A stretch of DNA of 64,000 bases from Promethearchaeota archaeon (GTDB lineage Archaea > Asgardarchaeota > Lokiarchaeia > Sigyniarchaeales > SOKP01). The notes beneath the pieces are model-generated. The model was not told the DNA's origin. It saw only the letters and a program-made list of their open reading frames with translations, and made no database searches. Below are positions 9,792 through 19,733 of this stretch, in pieces (the first letter of the stretch is position 1; each line of letters opens with the position of its first letter). The DNA lies in assembly GCA_048940805.1 (NCBI GenBank), contig JBHLOF010000007.1, positions 287 to 64,286 on the forward strand, given 5' to 3'. The position numbers were made by a program, and so were the translations under genes.

Positions 9792-10220
9792 ATGATCGAT
9801 ATCTCGGATAAAAATACAGTAGAAAGAATTGCTACCGCTTCTGGGAGTATAAAATTAAGTGAAATGACTATTGAGAAAATAAAGAATAATCAGGTTCAGA
9901 AGGGAGATGTTTTCACCATAGCAAAAGTAGCTGCTATTAATGCTGTTAAGAAAGTTCCAGATTTGATACCTTTTTGTCATCTAATACCTATAACAAGCGT
10001 GAAAATCGATTTTAGTATAGAAAACAAAGACAACATAAAATGTATATGTACTGTTAAAAGTATCGCGCAAACTGGAGTGGAAATGGAAGCTTTAACTGGA
10101 GTAGGTATTGCACTTTTAAATATTTGGGATGTAGTAAAGATGTATGAAAAGGATAAGAATGGTCAATATCCATTCACAGAAATATTTAATCTAAAAGTAG
10201 AAAAGAAAATAAAAAACTAA
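9792..10220 (+). CDS. moaC: Cyclic pyranopterin monophosphate synthase
   Basis: MIDISDK, KGDV, LIPFCH, TGVEMEALTG. Confidence 0.95.
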   Translation: MIDISDKNTVERIATASGSIKLSEMTIEKIKNNQVQKGDVFTIAKVAAINAVKKVPDLIPFCHLIPITSVKIDFSIENKDNIKCICTVKSIAQTGVEMEALTGVGIALLNIWDVVKMYEKDKNGQYPFTEIFNLKVEKKIKN

Positions 10221-10224
10221 TCAT

Positions 10225-11142
10225 ATGAAAGATAACTTTAATAGAAAAATTAAACATATTCGCTTCTCATTAACCTCAAAATGCCAATATTCCTGCCTTT
10301 ATTGTGATAGTGAAGGATACAGTAAAACAAATGAGCTGAATATTGTAGAAATTACTAAATTATGTAAGATATTAGCAGAAATTTTACAAGTTACAAAAAT
10401 TAAATTCACAGGAGGGGAACCATTGTGCAGGGAAGATATTGTAGAAATAATCAGAAATGTGTCTGAATTACACCTTTATAAAGATATTTCTATGACAACG
10501 AATGGGTTACTCCTGCTCGATAAAGCAGAGGAATTATATAATGCAGGATTAAATCGAATAAATGTTTCTTTAGCATCGCTTAATCCAGAAGTGTATAAGA
10601 AAATTTATGGTTCAGATACGCTTGAAATTGTTTTGAATGGTTTACAGAAATCAAAAGAAATAGGATTAAATCCAATAAAATTGAATTTTGTATTGATGAA
10701 AGGTTTAAATGATAATGAATTAGAGGATATGATTAATTTTTGTGCACAGAATGGCTTCATTTTACAAATGATCGAACTACACGAGGTTTCTAAAGCAGTA
10801 GGAGGAAACTCAAAATTTTATGAGAAACATCACTTGGATATAAAGCCTATTATAGAAAAGCTCGAAGCAAGAGCAAAAAAAGTAAAAGTAAGAGGATCAA
10901 TGCAAAATCGAAAAGTTATTACATTACCTAATTCAGCTGTAATAGAAACAATCACACCTAGTCATGAATTTTGCATGGGGTGTACAAAATTACGTATTGG
11001 ATGTGATGGCAATCTTTTTGGATGTTTATACCGATCCGATCTTGGGAAAAATATAAAAGACGCTCTTCGTAATCATCATTCATTATCTAAATATGAACAG
11101 ATCGTAAAACAAGTTGTAGATTCAAGAGAACCCTATTTTTAA
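10225..11142 (+). CDS. moaA: GTP 3',8-cyclase (radical SAM)
   Basis: CxxxCxxC, TGGEP, TTNG, C-terminal FCMGC..R..GCL. Confidence 0.93.
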   Translation: MKDNFNRKIKHIRFSLTSKCQYSCLYCDSEGYSKTNELNIVEITKLCKILAEILQVTKIKFTGGEPLCREDIVEIIRNVSELHLYKDISMTTNGLLLLDKAEELYNAGLNRINVSLASLNPEVYKKIYGSDTLEIVLNGLQKSKEIGLNPIKLNFVLMKGLNDNELEDMINFCAQNGFILQMIELHEVSKAVGGNSKFYEKHHLDIKPIIEKLEARAKKVKVRGSMQNRKVITLPNSAVIETITPSHEFCMGCTKLRIGCDGNLFGCLYRSDLGKNIKDALRNHHSLSKYEQIVKQVVDSREPYF

Positions 11143-11167
11143 AATACGTTAATTATGAGTTGGATTA

Positions 11168-11452
11168 ATGATAGTTGAAGTTCTATACTTTGCGGAGTTT
11201 AAGGATATTACAGGAAAGGAGAAAGAGAAATTTGAGTTATCAAGCAATCGACTAAATGAGTTGATTGATTTGTTATTAGGAAAATATGGACTAAGACTTC
11301 GAAAGCTATTATGGGATCATCGTATTCAAAGAATCAGCAACCTAATCTCAATTATAATAAATAATAAACCTCTTCTTCAAAAAAATCCTCTAGAAGCACA
11401 TTTAAATGATGGAGATGTAATCGCTTTCTTAACACCCGTATCAGGAGGTTAG
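11168..11452 (+). CDS. moaD: Molybdopterin synthase sulfur carrier (MoaD/SAMP)
   Basis: VLYFA start, DGDVIAFLTPVSGG diglycine end. Confidence 0.92.
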   Translation: MIVEVLYFAEFKDITGKEKEKFELSSNRLNELIDLLLGKYGLRLRKLLWDHRIQRISNLISIIINNKPLLQKNPLEAHLNDGDVIAFLTPVSGG

Positions 11453-11458
11453 AGTAAA

Positions 11459-11908
11459 ATTAATAAAAAGAAAACGTCTCAAATCAAGTCAGGTATTTAT
11501 AATAAAGGGGAAATCGACCTTGAGAGTGTTATTCGATCAATAAAAAAAGATTCAAATATTGAAGAAGCTGGTTCTATCCATACTTTTACAGGTATAGTAA
11601 GACGGAGTTCCCAGACTGGAAAACCTGTTATTAGTATGAAAATAGATGCTTATGATGATCTGGCTAATGAGAGCATCAATAAAATTTGTGCTAAATTAAA
11701 ACAAGAAAAAGGGATTATTGATGTCAAATTAATTCATTTAAAAGGAGATTTTGCCCTTACTGAAGATTTAGTTTATGTGGTTGTAGCTTCAACTCACAGA
11801 AAGGAAGGTTTCGAAGTTATAAGCAAAGCAGTTGACATGTACAAAAAAGAAATAACGGTATGGAAAAGAGAAAATTATAAGGATGGAACTTCGGATTGGA
11901 TTCATTAA
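11459..11908 (+). CDS. moaE: Molybdopterin synthase catalytic subunit; start moved upstream to ATT 11459 (149 aa)
   Basis: GSIHTFTGIVR in frame upstream of the track start; VASTHRKEGF and VWKRE motifs; GGAGGT 9 nt before the ATT. Confidence 0.88.
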   Translation: MNKKKTSQIKSGIYNKGEIDLESVIRSIKKDSNIEEAGSIHTFTGIVRRSSQTGKPVISMKIDAYDDLANESINKICAKLKQEKGIIDVKLIHLKGDFALTEDLVYVVVASTHRKEGFEVISKAVDMYKKEITVWKRENYKDGTSDWIH

Positions 11909-11929
11909 AATGTTATCAAGGGGAAAAAA

Positions 11930-13156
11930 ATGAAATTTTTAAAAACAATTAAGGTGGAAGAATTTAGGGAAATTCTTGAATCTATCTCGATTTTAAGAGA
12001 TTCCGAAGAAAGAGTTAATATTGAAAACAGTTTTAACAGAATACTTTCAAGAGACATAATTAGTAGAATAAATGTTCCACACTTTCGGAAATCAAGAATG
12101 GATGGATATGCTGTAATTGCTGAAGACACCTTTGGGGCGGAAGAAGATAATCAAATTGAGTTAAAACTTATTGAAATAATCCAAGCAGGTGATATACCTC
12201 AAATAGGATTGAGTAGAGGTCAATGTTCATACGTAGCAACAGGTGCAGCTATTCCAGATAACGCAACTGGTGTTGTAATGGTAGAATTTACTGATCGAAG
12301 AGAAAATACAATTTCGATCTCAAAAGCTATTACTCCAGGAACTCACATAATTGAAATCGGGCATGACATTAAACAAAACAATATAATAGTTAAGAAAGAC
12401 ATTTTAGTGGATTTGGCAACCATGGGTATTTTAGCTTCAGTGGGAAGCAAGGAAATCTGGGTATATAAACAACCAATCGTTTCACTTTTAAGCACTGGGA
12501 ATGAAATAGTAAGTCATGATGTGAATAATTTGGAGATTGGAAAAATTTACGATGTGAATTCTGTGGTATTAAGAAAAGCAATAGAAAATACTGGAGTGAT
12601 AGTACAATATTTGGGAATTATAAAAGATGATTACAACGAGTTGAAAAATGTTATCGATAAAGCTCTAAAAGTAAGTGATATAATAATATTATCGGGGGGT
12701 ACTTCTAAGGGGGAAGGAGATTTAGGACCCCAAGTCTTAGAAAAATACGATAATATTGAATTAATGATACATGGAGTAAAAATTAAACCTGGTAAGCCAA
12801 TTATTTTTGCGAAACTAAATGAAAAAATGATATTTATTCTACCAGGCTACCCCACTTCTGCTTTAAGCTGCTTTTATGTCTTTATTGATAAATTCTTAAG
12901 GAAGTTATCAGGATTTCCTTTACGAGATCAATATTCAAAAGAATTGGAAGTTGGAGAAAGAATTTACAGCACTGTTGGACGACATGAATTCAAAGCGGTG
13001 AAGATCATAGAAGAAAATGGGATTAAAAAAATCTTTCCAATTAAAACTGGTTCAGAAGCTATGAGTACAATTTTCAATGCTGATGGTTATATTGAAATAG
13101 AAGAGTTAGAATCCATAATTGAAAAAGGGGATAAAAGGAGGATTAATTTTTTCTAA
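11930..13156 (+). CDS. moeA: Molybdopterin molybdo/tungstotransferase MoeA
   Basis: SRMDGYAV, STGNE, SGGTSKG, KPGKP, LPGYP. Confidence 0.93.
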   Translation: MKFLKTIKVEEFREILESISILRDSEERVNIENSFNRILSRDIISRINVPHFRKSRMDGYAVIAEDTFGAEEDNQIELKLIEIIQAGDIPQIGLSRGQCSYVATGAAIPDNATGVVMVEFTDRRENTISISKAITPGTHIIEIGHDIKQNNIIVKKDILVDLATMGILASVGSKEIWVYKQPIVSLLSTGNEIVSHDVNNLEIGKIYDVNSVVLRKAIENTGVIVQYLGIIKDDYNELKNVIDKALKVSDIIILSGGTSKGEGDLGPQVLEKYDNIELMIHGVKIKPGKPIIFAKLNEKMIFILPGYPTSALSCFYVFIDKFLRKLSGFPLRDQYSKELEVGERIYSTVGRHEFKAVKIIEENGIKKIFPIKTGSEAMSTIFNADGYIEIEELESIIEKGDKRRINFF

Positions 13157-13176
13157 ATTTAAAATAATCTTTAGGA

Positions 13177-13749
13177 GTGTTAAATAGAATGAAAAAAGAA
13201 ATTAAAATACATGAAGAACATAAGAAAAAAGCTCCAAAGAGGGTTGTTTTTGCTTTAATTGTGGTAAGTACAAGCCGATATCAGGAACTTAGCCATGAAA
13301 AGGTGACGTCTGATAAAACCATTCCTATTGTTAAAAAGGTATTCAATAAGGAGCCGTTTATTTCACTAGATTTTGCAGAGATTGTTCCAGATTCAGAAGA
13401 AAGCTTAAACAATGTTTTAGTTAGAGTTATGAAAGAAGATAATATAGATGCAATCATATTTAGTGGTGGGACTGGTTTATCCCCAAAAGATATTACCTAT
13501 GAAATAATTGAACCTCGATTAGAAAAAAAATTTGATGGATTTGGAGAAATCTTTCGAAATCTTTCATATAACGAAATAGGGGCATCTGCGATGTTATCAC
13601 GGGCTGTTGCGGGGATATTAAGAAGCAAAAAGAAAAATAAAGCAGTATTTTTACTTCCAGGTTCACCGAGAGCAGTTAAATTAGCATTAGAAGCCCTAAT
13701 CCTCCCTGAAATCGGTCATATCCTTTATATTATCAATAAGAAAGAGTGA
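13177..13749 (+). CDS. moaB: Molybdopterin adenylyltransferase MoaB/MogA
   Basis: [31 protein letters not shown]. Confidence 0.92.
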   Translation: MLNRMKKEIKIHEEHKKKAPKRVVFALIVVSTSRYQELSHEKVTSDKTIPIVKKVFNKEPFISLDFAEIVPDSEESLNNVLVRVMKEDNIDAIIFSGGTGLSPKDITYEIIEPRLEKKFDGFGEIFRNLSYNEIGASAMLSRAVAGILRSKKKNKAVFLLPGSPRAVKLALEALILPEIGHILYIINKKE

Positions 13750-15002
13750 GAAAAATGGAAAAACTTAGGAAGATTGGATTCTCAAAACTAACATCTGTGG
13801 AAGAAGCTATTGAAAAACTTCTTACTCATATTAAAGTAAATCCCATTGAAGAAATTGAATTATTAAATTCATTAAATCGAATATTAGCAGAGGATATTGT
13901 AAGTGGAATTGATCTCCCACCTTTCGACCGTTCTGCAATGGACGGTTATGCTATTCAAGCAGAAGATTCATTTGGTGCTTCTACCATAAATCCAAAAACA
14001 TTGAAATTAGTAGGGACCATTGAAATTGGTGAATCTTCCCACCTCAAACTTAGAAAGGGTGAGTGCATCAGAATTTCCACGGGTGCCCCAATACCAGAAG
14101 ATGCTAATTCCGTTGTTAAAATTGAAGATACGGAAATTGAAAACGACCGTATGAAATTATACGTATCTCTACCTCCCGGAAAAAATATTTCCTTAAAAGG
14201 AGAAGATATTAAAAAAGACACTAAAGTTTTAGATAAGGGTGTTGACATCAAATCTGAACACATAGCATTATTGGCTTCTTTAGGGTTTAAGAAAGTTAAT
14301 GTGGTTAGTAAACCAAAAGTTAGTGTTTTCTCTTCTGGAGATGAATTATTTGAACCCGGAGATGCATTGATACCTGGGAAAATTTACAATTCGAACACTC
14401 CAATGATTTCTGCGTTAGTAGATTTATTTGGGGGAGAAGCTATTCGAGGTGAAACAGTAAAGGATGATAAAAATTCTATCAAAGAGAAATTATTTGAAGC
14501 AGCAGAAGACTCACAAATAATAATTTTTACAGGAGGTACATCTGTTGGAACTAAAGATTATTTACCCGAAGTAGTCAATGAATCAGGTGTAATATTATCT
14601 CATGGTGTTGCTCAAAGACCAGGAGCACCTGTATTAATTGGTTTATTAAATGAATCTCTAATTTTTTGTTTACCTGGGACTCCGGTTGCCGCTTATGTAT
14701 CATTCATAAAAATCGCAGGATTAGCTATACGTAGTTTGTTGGGGTGCTCTCTTATAGATCCTCGAACAGAACTAATCGCAGAGATCAGTAAGGATGTTCC
14801 AGTTTCAGGTCTTGGATATCTACATCATTTAAGGGTAACTATAGAAAAATCGGGAGAAAAACTTATCGCTATTCCTGTAAAATTAAAAGGATCCGGAGTT
14901 ATTAGTTCCCTTACTAATTCTGATGGGATAGTTGAAATTCCACCTTATCAAGAGGGATTAAAAAAGGGAGAAAAAGTAATCGTAAAACTTTTCCCTAGGT
15001 AA
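13746..15002 (+). CDS. moeA: Second MoeA paralog
   Basis: [29 protein letters not shown]. Confidence 0.93.
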   Translation: MRKMEKLRKIGFSKLTSVEEAIEKLLTHIKVNPIEEIELLNSLNRILAEDIVSGIDLPPFDRSAMDGYAIQAEDSFGASTINPKTLKLVGTIEIGESSHLKLRKGECIRISTGAPIPEDANSVVKIEDTEIENDRMKLYVSLPPGKNISLKGEDIKKDTKVLDKGVDIKSEHIALLASLGFKKVNVVSKPKVSVFSSGDELFEPGDALIPGKIYNSNTPMISALVDLFGGEAIRGETVKDDKNSIKEKLFEAAEDSQIIIFTGGTSVGTKDYLPEVVNESGVILSHGVAQRPGAPVLIGLLNESLIFCLPGTPVAAYVSFIKIAGLAIRSLLGCSLIDPRTELIAEISKDVPVSGLGYLHHLRVTIEKSGEKLIAIPVKLKGSGVISSLTNSDGIVEIPPYQEGLKKGEKVIVKLFPR

Positions 15003-15010
15003 AGAAAATC

Positions 15011-16513
15011 TTAAATCTCGAGCAATCCATCCCATGCTGCTCTTTCTTTATCAAAAAGAGCTTCCTCTACCTTGCAAGTTTCTCCAAAAACCATGGTTGT
15101 ACGCGCTTCAGAATCATAAGCAGGCCAATTCGGAAGATTTTTATGATTTGGATTACCAGTTTTTGCAAAATTTATCCAAGCATCCATCATTTTTTCGGAT
15201 AGCTCCTCAGGTGCTCCCTTTAAGAACTCTTTTAAGTTTGGAGAACTCAAATTCCCAAAAACAAACGGAATTTCAAGCGAATGACAAGATCCTAATATTC
15301 CATCTAATCCAGGTGAAGGCCAAGTGAATAAATAATTAAAAGTGTTAGGTTGATGAGGTCTTTGTGCTTCCAGTAAACGTGTCATTGGGATACGGAATGC
15401 AAAATCATTTATAACTGCTGTTATTACGTCAACTGATTCTGCAGAATATTTTCCTGCTCTAGCCTCTTTATATGTTTTTATAATTTCTTCACCTTTTTTA
15501 ATCCCCTGCAATGCAAGGAATCCAATAATCATCTTTTCAATATCACCACCAACCATCGATTTAAAAGGTTCCATGGCCGTATATAATTTGAATTCATCAA
15601 GGTTTGTCCCAATCATGAAATCAATGTTTGCACATTCCCCATTGAGAAATGCTTTTAATGGATGTTTAGGGAATGTTTCAGGATTAATTAAAGGTCTTAA
15701 TGCCATGACTTCAGTTGGTACTGTAGAAGCAACCTGGTTTTGAGCTTCGATAATACTCTCTGGTGGTATTTCTCTCAATGAATCTATATCTCCTGGTTTG
15801 ATCTGAAGTTTGTGGAAAATGTTTTTTGAAATTCTATCACTTACCGTGGTATCAATATAGGGGGCGCTTTGTGCAATAACTCTGTGAAAGAGTCCTTCTG
15901 CTTGTGGTACGGTGCATAATGCAAGTACAGAATATCCTCCCGCAGATTCTCCGAATATTGTGATATTTTCAGGGTCTCCACCAAAATGTACAATATTCTC
16001 ATATACCCACTGTAAAGCCATTAGTTGGTCTTGAAATCCAACATTCAGAGAAATATTCTCATTGTGTAGGAAACCAAAAGATCCTAATCGGTAATTGATG
16101 GTAACTATTACAATATCACCTCTAAGAGCTAAAGCAGAACCGTCATAGGTTGGTTCCGCTCCTCCACCCGTCATGAAAGCACCCCCATGAATCCAAAACA
16201 TTACTGGACGCTTTTTTTTATCAGTTCCGGTAGTCCAGATATTTAGTGTTAAACAGTCTTCACTCTCTGGTTCAAGTTTACCTATGTATTGAGCCATTTC
16301 AGAATGCCCTTGGAATGCACTAGGTCCATAATCCATGGCATTTAGTACTCCCTCCCATTTTTTCTTTTTAAGAGGAGGTGAAAATCGCAAATTCCCTAAG
16401 GGTGGTTCCGCGAATGGAATCCCCTTGAAAATCGATAAATGATCTTTTCTATACCCTTGAACCTTTCCAGTTTTGGTTTCTATGATATCTGATTTTTCTA
16501 TAATTATTTCCAT
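15011..16513 (-). CDS. Type B carboxylesterase
   Basis: FKGIPFA, SEDCLTLN, WIHGG, FGESAG, CHSLE. Confidence 0.93.
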   Translation of the reverse strand: MEIIIEKSDIIETKTGKVQGYRKDHLSIFKGIPFAEPPLGNLRFSPPLKKKKWEGVLNAMDYGPSAFQGHSEMAQYIGKLEPESEDCLTLNIWTTGTDKKKRPVMFWIHGGAFMTGGGAEPTYDGSALALRGDIVIVTINYRLGSFGFLHNENISLNVGFQDQLMALQWVYENIVHFGGDPENITIFGESAGGYSVLALCTVPQAEGLFHRVIAQSAPYIDTTVSDRISKNIFHKLQIKPGDIDSLREIPPESIIEAQNQVASTVPTEVMALRPLINPETFPKHPLKAFLNGECANIDFMIGTNLDEFKLYTAMEPFKSMVGGDIEKMIIGFLALQGIKKGEEIIKTYKEARAGKYSAESVDVITAVINDFAFRIPMTRLLEAQRPHQPNTFNYLFTWPSPGLDGILGSCHSLEIPFVFGNLSSPNLKEFLKGAPEELSEKMMDAWINFAKTGNPNHKNLPNWPAYDSEARTTMVFGETCKVEEALFDKERAAWDGLLEI

Positions 16514-16720
16514 AATTTATTAAGTAATTTGGTTTAAGCTTTAAAATTAATGGTTTCGAAAATTTTATTTAGATTCTCTGTATACAAGGTTTGGTTGGAT
16601 TAACATTATATACAACTTATGAATAAATATTAAATGAGATCTTAGATTTATAGCAAAACTTATATTTAGAACCCACTTTTTTAGATTTTTTTAGCGATAG
16701 TTAAGAGAAAAAAATACTTA

Positions 16721-16736
16721 TTTAGGATAACCTAAA
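16721..16736 (+). promoter_or_regulatory. DtxR-family-like operator upstream of the iron permease
   Basis: TTTAGG-ATAA-CCTAAA palindrome directly before a TTTATAA TATA-like box. Confidence 0.6.
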
Positions 16737-16793
16737 AATTTATAATTAATGAATATCACTTCTACTCAGATCTAAAGTTTATGGTGAATTATA

Positions 16794-17708
16794 ATGACTA
16801 TATATATTGACTTAATAACCCCCGCCTTTTTAGCGTTTAGAGAGGGATTAGAGGCCACTTTAGTTGTTGTTATTATTCTACTATATTTGAAAAAAACAAA
16901 TCAGAGATCTTATAATGAATATGTATATTTCGGCGCGATTCTCGCTATTATTTCAAGCATAGTTTTTGCTATAATTTTCTCATTTATTTTTGGAGGTTTC
17001 ACAGGGATCTTAGAACAAGTATTTGAAGGATCTACATTTATTATCTCGGGGATCTTTATTATCACTTTAGTTTTATGGGTCAGTAAAGAAGGTCCAAAGA
17101 TGCGTAAACGATTAGAAGAGAAATTAGAACAATCAATTGAACGTCAAAAAGCCTTTTCAATTTCAACACTAACATTTGTAATTATAATTAGAGAAGGCAT
17201 TGAATTAGTATTATTATTAACGGGAACTGCGTCTGTAGGCTCGATCAGCCAAATTTCAACTATATTAGGTTCAATTATTGGATTAAGTATTTCTATACTT
17301 ATTGGAATGCTGATATATTATGGAGTGAAAATGATTAATCTATCTAAGTTCTTTAAAGCAACTAATTTAATTCTAATTCTATTTGCTGCGGGTTTGATCA
17401 CGTTTGGCATCCATGAATTTTTAGAAGCAGGTATACTAAACCCAATTATACCAGAAGTTTGGAATATAAAACATATCTTACCAGAATCATTCCCAGATGG
17501 GAATCCTGCCACCCCAGAATGGCTTGAAATAATTGGTTCTTTGTTAAAGGCTTTATTTGGATACAATGCTAATCCTGCACTTTTAGAAGTCATTGTATAC
17601 CCGATTTTGCTTTTATCTATTGGCTATATTGCATTTAGATTATGGAAGAAAACGAATTCGATTGTTCTAATGGAGCATGAAAAAGAAGAACAACCCAAAA
17701 TTTTTTAG
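16794..17708 (+). CDS. FTR1/EfeU family iron permease
   Basis: Two RExxE motifs (REGLE, REGIE), GIHEF, LFGY. Confidence 0.92.
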   Translation: MTIYIDLITPAFLAFREGLEATLVVVIILLYLKKTNQRSYNEYVYFGAILAIISSIVFAIIFSFIFGGFTGILEQVFEGSTFIISGIFIITLVLWVSKEGPKMRKRLEEKLEQSIERQKAFSISTLTFVIIIREGIELVLLLTGTASVGSISQISTILGSIIGLSISILIGMLIYYGVKMINLSKFFKATNLILILFAAGLITFGIHEFLEAGILNPIIPEVWNIKHILPESFPDGNPATPEWLEIIGSLLKALFGYNANPALLEVIVYPILLLSIGYIAFRLWKKTNSIVLMEHEKEEQPKIF

Positions 17709-17731
17709 TTTATTTTAAATACATAAATAGG

Positions 17732-18748
17732 TTAAATACTAGAGTCCTTTTCTTTCAATTTTCTCTCCAGTTCTTCTTTTTCTTCTTCAAGCTTCTGAAT
17801 TTTTTTATCTTTACTCCTCATTTTTAAAGTATTAATTGTGATCCCTTGAAGATTGAGCAATTTTCTGATAAATATATATGTTGCCACCAAAATTCCAATT
17901 AAGTAAAAGATATTAACGCTCCAGAAATATGGATCAATGGTTTGATAAATTTGTAAATTTAAAAAAGGGAGAAAAGGTGAAATAACAGCAACAAATCCAA
18001 CCCATATCATTCCGATCAAGAGTATTAACTTCTCCCAAGCTCTAGTTTGAATTCTGAAAAATACGTATAAATGCAACCAATACATTAAACATATGAAAGC
18101 AATAGGTGTGAATATCAATGACCCTATTGCTAAAACTAATAAGAAATTTATCGCAAATTTGTTACGCCATAAATCTAAGATTTCTTTTATTGTCATTTGA
18201 TCCTGTACTTGTGCTCTAGCAAATTCCTTTCTTAAAGAAAAATATTTCTTTTTAATCTCTCTTGCCACTTTTTTCGCTTTCTTTTTCCAAAAAGTTAACT
18301 TTCCCAACTCTACTGCCTTTTGAAACTGTTCACTAGCCAAAGGTAAGATATAAAGTGTGAGAAGCAGGGATACTATTCCATAGATATAGATAATCTTATC
18401 AATCCAAAACCAAAAGCCTTCTTGAGTCACTGCTGTAGCTTGAAAGTAACTTGAAAATATTTTGTACAATGCATAACCGATTAAAATAAGAGGGATTATA
18501 CATTCTATTACAATTAATGTATTAGTACCTTTCTTCTTGAGTTTATTGCTAAATTTGTCCATAAGAAGAAGAAATCCATTTGCGATGCCTAAGATTAATC
18601 CAAAACCAGAGAGAAACATAATCACCCAAAAAAAGATAAGGAAGGTAATGTTTAAGGTTAGGATTCCAAATAAAAGAATCCAAAGCATTGCTAAAGAACT
18701 AACAATTATTCCGATGATGTAAATAACTTTATAAGATTTTTCTTCCAT
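17732..18748 (-). CDS. Hypothetical multi-pass membrane protein
   Basis: About 7 TM segments, basic cytoplasmic loop, coiled-coil tail. Confidence 0.6.
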   Translation of the reverse strand: MEEKSYKVIYIIGIIVSSLAMLWILLFGILTLNITFLIFFWVIMFLSGFGLILGIANGFLLLMDKFSNKLKKKGTNTLIVIECIIPLILIGYALYKIFSSYFQATAVTQEGFWFWIDKIIYIYGIVSLLLTLYILPLASEQFQKAVELGKLTFWKKKAKKVAREIKKKYFSLRKEFARAQVQDQMTIKEILDLWRNKFAINFLLVLAIGSLIFTPIAFICLMYWLHLYVFFRIQTRAWEKLILLIGMIWVGFVAVISPFLPFLNLQIYQTIDPYFWSVNIFYLIGILVATYIFIRKLLNLQGITINTLKMRSKDKKIQKLEEEKEELERKLKEKDSSI

Positions 18749-18860
18749 TAATTAATAATAGGAGTCGCCTTATTTAATATATAAGTAAATTCTGTATTTA
18801 TGTCTAAATGATTTATCCTATAACCTAAAATTATTTTAGAGATGGTTAATTCTTAAGTCT

Positions 18861-19733
18861 ATGGTTGATACGACCACTATAGTCTCTGAAATACAAGAAA
18901 AATATAAAATTATAGGTAGAACTGAAGAACTTAGACAAATTGTTTTAGCTCATTCGGTGGGAAAAAATATATTACTAGAAGGAAATGTTGGTGTTGGAAA
19001 AACCACTTTAGCTAAAGCTATTGCTGAATACTATGGCTCTAATAGTTCTAATTTTTATAGGGTAGATTGCAGTGAAGAATTATTACCTCACAATTTAGTG
19101 GGTTATTTTGAGCCCCCTCTAGTAATCGCAAAAGGTTATAATGAAGAGTCCTACAAGCATGGACCACTAGCTATGGCAATGCTCGAAGGAGGGTGCTTAT
19201 TTATAAATGAAATCAATAGAATGCCAGAAAACACACAAAATTCTTTATTAAGTGCTCTAGATGAAGGTATACTTGAAATTCCAAAATTGAAAACAATTAA
19301 AGCTCATAAGGATTTCTTTGTTGTTGCAACCCAAAATCCTGTTGCTCATGTTGGAGTAACTGTATTAGGTGAGGCCTTAATCGATAGATTTATCTGGATT
19401 AATTTAGATTATCAAAATCCTGATGAAGAAATTAAAATAATCAAACAGGAAGCAAATATAACCTCTGATAAAATTTCGAAAATATCTCAAAATATTATTC
19501 AGGCCACTAGAGAGACAATCTCAATCCGAAGAGGAAGTTCAATTAGAGGTGCAATTGACTTAGCTACATTAATAAATCAATATGATAATTCTGATAGTTC
19601 AAGCAACTGGGTTGAAGCTGCGGTAATGGCATTACATAATAAAATCGAATTAGAAGATGGACTCACTCAATCAAAAAAAGAGATTATTACGAATATTGTT
19701 TTAGCTGTTTTAAATAAATCGGATTTTCAATAG
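18861..19733 (+). CDS. MoxR-family AAA+ ATPase
   Basis: GNVGVGKT, FINEINR, ATQNP, EALIDRF, SIRG. Confidence 0.9.
   Translation: MVDTTTIVSEIQEKYKIIGRTEELRQIVLAHSVGKNILLEGNVGVGKTTLAKAIAEYYGSNSSNFYRVDCSEELLPHNLVGYFEPPLVIAKGYNEESYKHGPLAMAMLEGGCLFINEINRMPENTQNSLLSALDEGILEIPKLKTIKAHKDFFVVATQNPVAHVGVTVLGEALIDRFIWINLDYQNPDEEIKIIKQEANITSDKISKISQNIIQATRETISIRRGSSIRGAIDLATLINQYDNSDSSSNWVEAAVMALHNKIELEDGLTQSKKEIITNIVLAVLNKSDFQ

Noticed and set aside
11450-11452. Genome-wide TAG recoding (pyrrolysine) to explain the moaD-moaE junction
   Set aside because: TAG ends nreA right after its PIP box and the PAC2 gene right after its C-terminal YFR, and MoaD needs a free GG end, so TAG behaves as a stop
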